A stretch of 26,211 nt of DNA from positions 1 through 26,211 of the IMG/VR virus record IMGVR_UViG_3300042294_000098. One strand, 5' to 3'. Position 1 is the first letter of the stretch. Each line of letters starts with the position of its first letter. Source of the DNA: a virus. Taxonomy: Duplodnaviria > Caudoviricetes. The translations under genes and the position numbers were made by a program. Positions 24,120-26,211 of this stretch are shown in pieces. The notes under the pieces were generated by a model. That model was given only the letters and a program-made list of their open reading frames with translations, was not told the origin of the DNA and ran no database searches.

Positions 24120-26211
24120 TTATCCGCAATAAGTTCAACGGCTACGTCAACGGTAATAACAGGCTCTACCCCGGCGGTGGTGGTGGAAGCCAGCCCACTA
24201 ACACGACACAAACTACGACTACGATTCCTGAGTACGCCCGCCCCTATGTAGAACGCATGCTGGGTAAGGCCGAGGCTTTTTCGGATTCTCCATACCAAGC
24301 ATATAAGGGGGAGCGTGTAGCTGGCTTTACTCCACTACAGCAGCAATCATTTCAAGGCGCGGCTAACTTAGGTCCAGCGCAACAAATAGGGCAAGGCACG
24401 CAACTGGCGGGCATCGCAGGTCTTGGCGGTCTTGGTGCAGGTCAGCAGTACGCACAACAAGCTACATCTCCCGGCAGTATGCAAGCATACATGTCGCCGT
24501 ATATTGAAGGCGCTATGGCTCCGCAGCTTAGAGAAGCACAGCGTGCGTCATTAATGCAAGGCCAGCAAAACCAAGCTCAAGCCGTCCAGCAAGGTGCCTT
24601 TGGTGGTTCCCGTTCGGCCATAGTTGAAGCAGAGCGCCAGCGCAATCTTGCGCAGCAACAAGGTGATATTTACGGTCGCGGCATGCAGACGGCGTTTGAG
24701 CAGGCTAGACAGGCTCAGCAGTTTGGTGCTGACTTAGGGCTTCGCGGCTACGGTATGGCTGGGCAGATGGCAGGTACTTTGGGGCAGTTGGGTCAGACTC
24801 AGTTCGGCCAGCAACAAGGTGCAATGCAAGCGCAGGCAGCGGCAGGTGCTCAGCAGCAGGGTCTGGAACAGCAGAGAATGAGCCAAGCCTACCAAGACTT
24901 CCTGTCTCAGCGCGGTCACCCACAGCAGCAGTTGGCGTTTATGTCGGACATCTTGCGCGGTGTTCCGCTCGGCCAGCAAACACAAGTGCAGTATCAGGCA
25001 CCGCCTCCGCTGACATCGCAACTTGCTCAGTTGGGGCTTGGTGGTTATGGTGCGTATCAGATGTTCAAAAAGGATGGCGGCATCATTAAGATGGCTGAAG
25101 GTGGTATCGCTGGTGCTGCACCGCAAGGTAGTGTGCCTAACACTATGCCAATCGACAAACTGCGCTCTGTGTTGGGCGATATGTCGGAAGAGCAGTTGGA
25201 TCAGGTAGCCCAAGGTGCGGGTGACGCTACAACACTGGCACTCGTGCAGGAACAGAAGAACCTGAACGCCCGCATACGCAACTCGGGTATTTTGGCTGAG
25301 TCCACCCCCCAGACCACTATTAAAGAAGAGATGATTGCGGCGGATGACACCGCTGACTCGGGTATCGCTGCGGCTCCTATGCCTGCGGCTATGTTTGCAG
25401 ATACGGCAGTTGGCGAAGCCCCAGAAGAAGCACCGGCTATGCGTGGCGGCGGTATCGTTGCATTCGCTAAGGGTAGAGAAGTTAAAGCTCCACCAGACGA
25501 TGTGTCTGCATTCCGTGCGATAGACCCTTCTAAAGCTGTAATGACGGATGAAGAGCGCGTTGGTGCAGAAGAAAAAGGTTTGGCTCGGTTGGAGAAGTTT
25601 CTCGGTCCTGACCGGTCAGTTGAGCTGGCTGAAAAAGTTGCTAAAGCGTCTGAGCTGGGCCCACAGGCTGAGTCTAATGCTAAGGCTGCTGCGGCATTTG
25701 AGATGATGGCGGCGTTTGGTGAGGCGGTACCGTTTGCTACTGCACTGGGTAAAGCTGGTGCTGCGGCTGGACGCAACATGAAAGAGTTCGAGAAGCTCAA
25801 GCGGGAGTCTGAGAAGGAAGCCAACAAGCTACGTCTGGACACAGCGCGTTACGAGCGGGCCGAGAAAATGCAGCGGTATGGTGAGGCTAATAAAATTGCG
25901 GACCGGATTGAAGATCGCAAAACTAAGCTGTTTACGCTTGATGCTGATATTAAAAAGACCTTGGCCGACGTTCAGGTTAAGCGGGAAGCAACTGCATCCT
26001 CAGAGAGAGTGGGTATGGCGGGGGTTGCTGCTACTCGTGCCGGTCAATTTAATCTGGATCGTGAGTTCCTTAGCGCAGAGACGCAGAGGGGTATCGAAGA
26101 TTACCGCGCTAGAAATAACGGCAAAGACCCTGTTGGGCAGGAACTGGCAAACATCCGTTCAGAAGCGGCAACCAAAGTAGCGGAGATGAAGCGTTATAAC
26201 CCATACGGCGC
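24116..26211 (+). CDS. Large putative DNA ejection protein (>698 aa, 3' truncated), absent from the ORF track
   Basis: AGGAG RBS; hand translation from ATG 24116 (MIIRNKFNGY...RLYPGGGGGSQPT) has no stop before the window end; Q/G/A-rich with YMSPY and GAFGGSR motifs. Confidence 0.88.
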   Translation, partial: MIIRNKFNGYVNGNNRLYPGGGGGSQPTNTTQTTTTIPEYARPYVERMLGKAEAFSDSPYQAYKGERVAGFTPLQQQSFQGAANLGPAQQIGQGTQLAGIAGLGGLGAGQQYAQQATSPGSMQAYMSPYIEGAMAPQLREAQRASLMQGQQNQAQAVQQGAFGGSRSAIVEAERQRNLAQQQGDIYGRGMQTAFEQARQAQQFGADLGLRGYGMAGQMAGTLGQLGQTQFGQQQGAMQAQAAAGAQQQGLEQQRMSQAYQDFLSQRGHPQQQLAFMSDILRGVPLGQQTQVQYQAPPPLTSQLAQLGLGGYGAYQMFKKDGGIIKMAEGGIAGAAPQGSVPNTMPIDKLRSVLGDMSEEQLDQVAQGAGDATTLALVQEQKNLNARIRNSGILAESTPQTTIKEEMIAADDTADSGIAAAPMPAAMFADTAVGEAPEEAPAMRGGGIVAFAKGREVKAPPDDVSAFRAIDPSKAVMTDEERVGAEEKGLARLEKFLGPDRSVELAEKVAKASELGPQAESNAKAAAAFEMMAAFGEAVPFATALGKAGAAAGRNMKEFEKLKRESEKEANKLRLDTARYERAEKMQRYGEANKIADRIEDRKTKLFTLDADIKKTLADVQVKREATASSERVGMAGVAATRAGQFNLDREFLSAETQRGIEDYRARNNGKDPVGQELANIRSEAATKVAEMKRYNPYG

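Larger units (their letters stand above)
1..26211 (+). mobile_element. Segment of a tailed dsDNA bacteriophage genome (late structural and lysis region, podovirus-like)
   Basis: Tightly packed + strand genes with TAATG/ATGA overlaps; capsid, adaptor, tail, endolysin, holin, spanin and ejection-like genes; no host housekeeping genes. Confidence 0.96.

Noticed and set aside
24705-26180. Short ORFs listed by the track in the last 1.5 kb
   Set aside because: All overlap the uninterrupted + strand ORF starting at 24116, which the track omitted because it has no stop in the window.

Overview
The window is one co-directional (+ strand) virion morphogenesis and lysis operon of a tailed dsDNA phage. 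The gene order and the absence of a tape measure, tube or sheath gene suggest a podovirus-type phage, and the spanins imply a Gram-negative host. Order: scaffold-like gene (5' truncated), two head-associated genes, major capsid protein, an inserted Zn-finger/endonuclease VII gene, a promoter with a pseudoknotted leader, decoration-like genes, a cluster of small Lys-rich proteins, head-tail adaptors, tail/fibre genes, a double 2OG-Fe(II) oxygenase, a lysis block (GH19 endolysin, holin, Rz/Rz1-type spanins), a tail nozzle-like gene, and two GNAT-like/ejection-protein gene pairs, the last running off the 3' end. Best leads: (1) a sigma70 promoter followed by a three-stem chained pseudoknot covering a ribosome-binding site; (2) an endonuclease gene gated by a promoter inside an RBS/AUG-sequestering hairpin; (3) a [FYM]xxGG motif shared by six otherwise unrelated putative internal virion proteins; (4) Pro-enriched Gly-rich tail proteins beside a tandem hydroxylase; (5) nested domain insertions in two tail proteins. 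All product calls come from motif recognition and gene context; no database searches were run.
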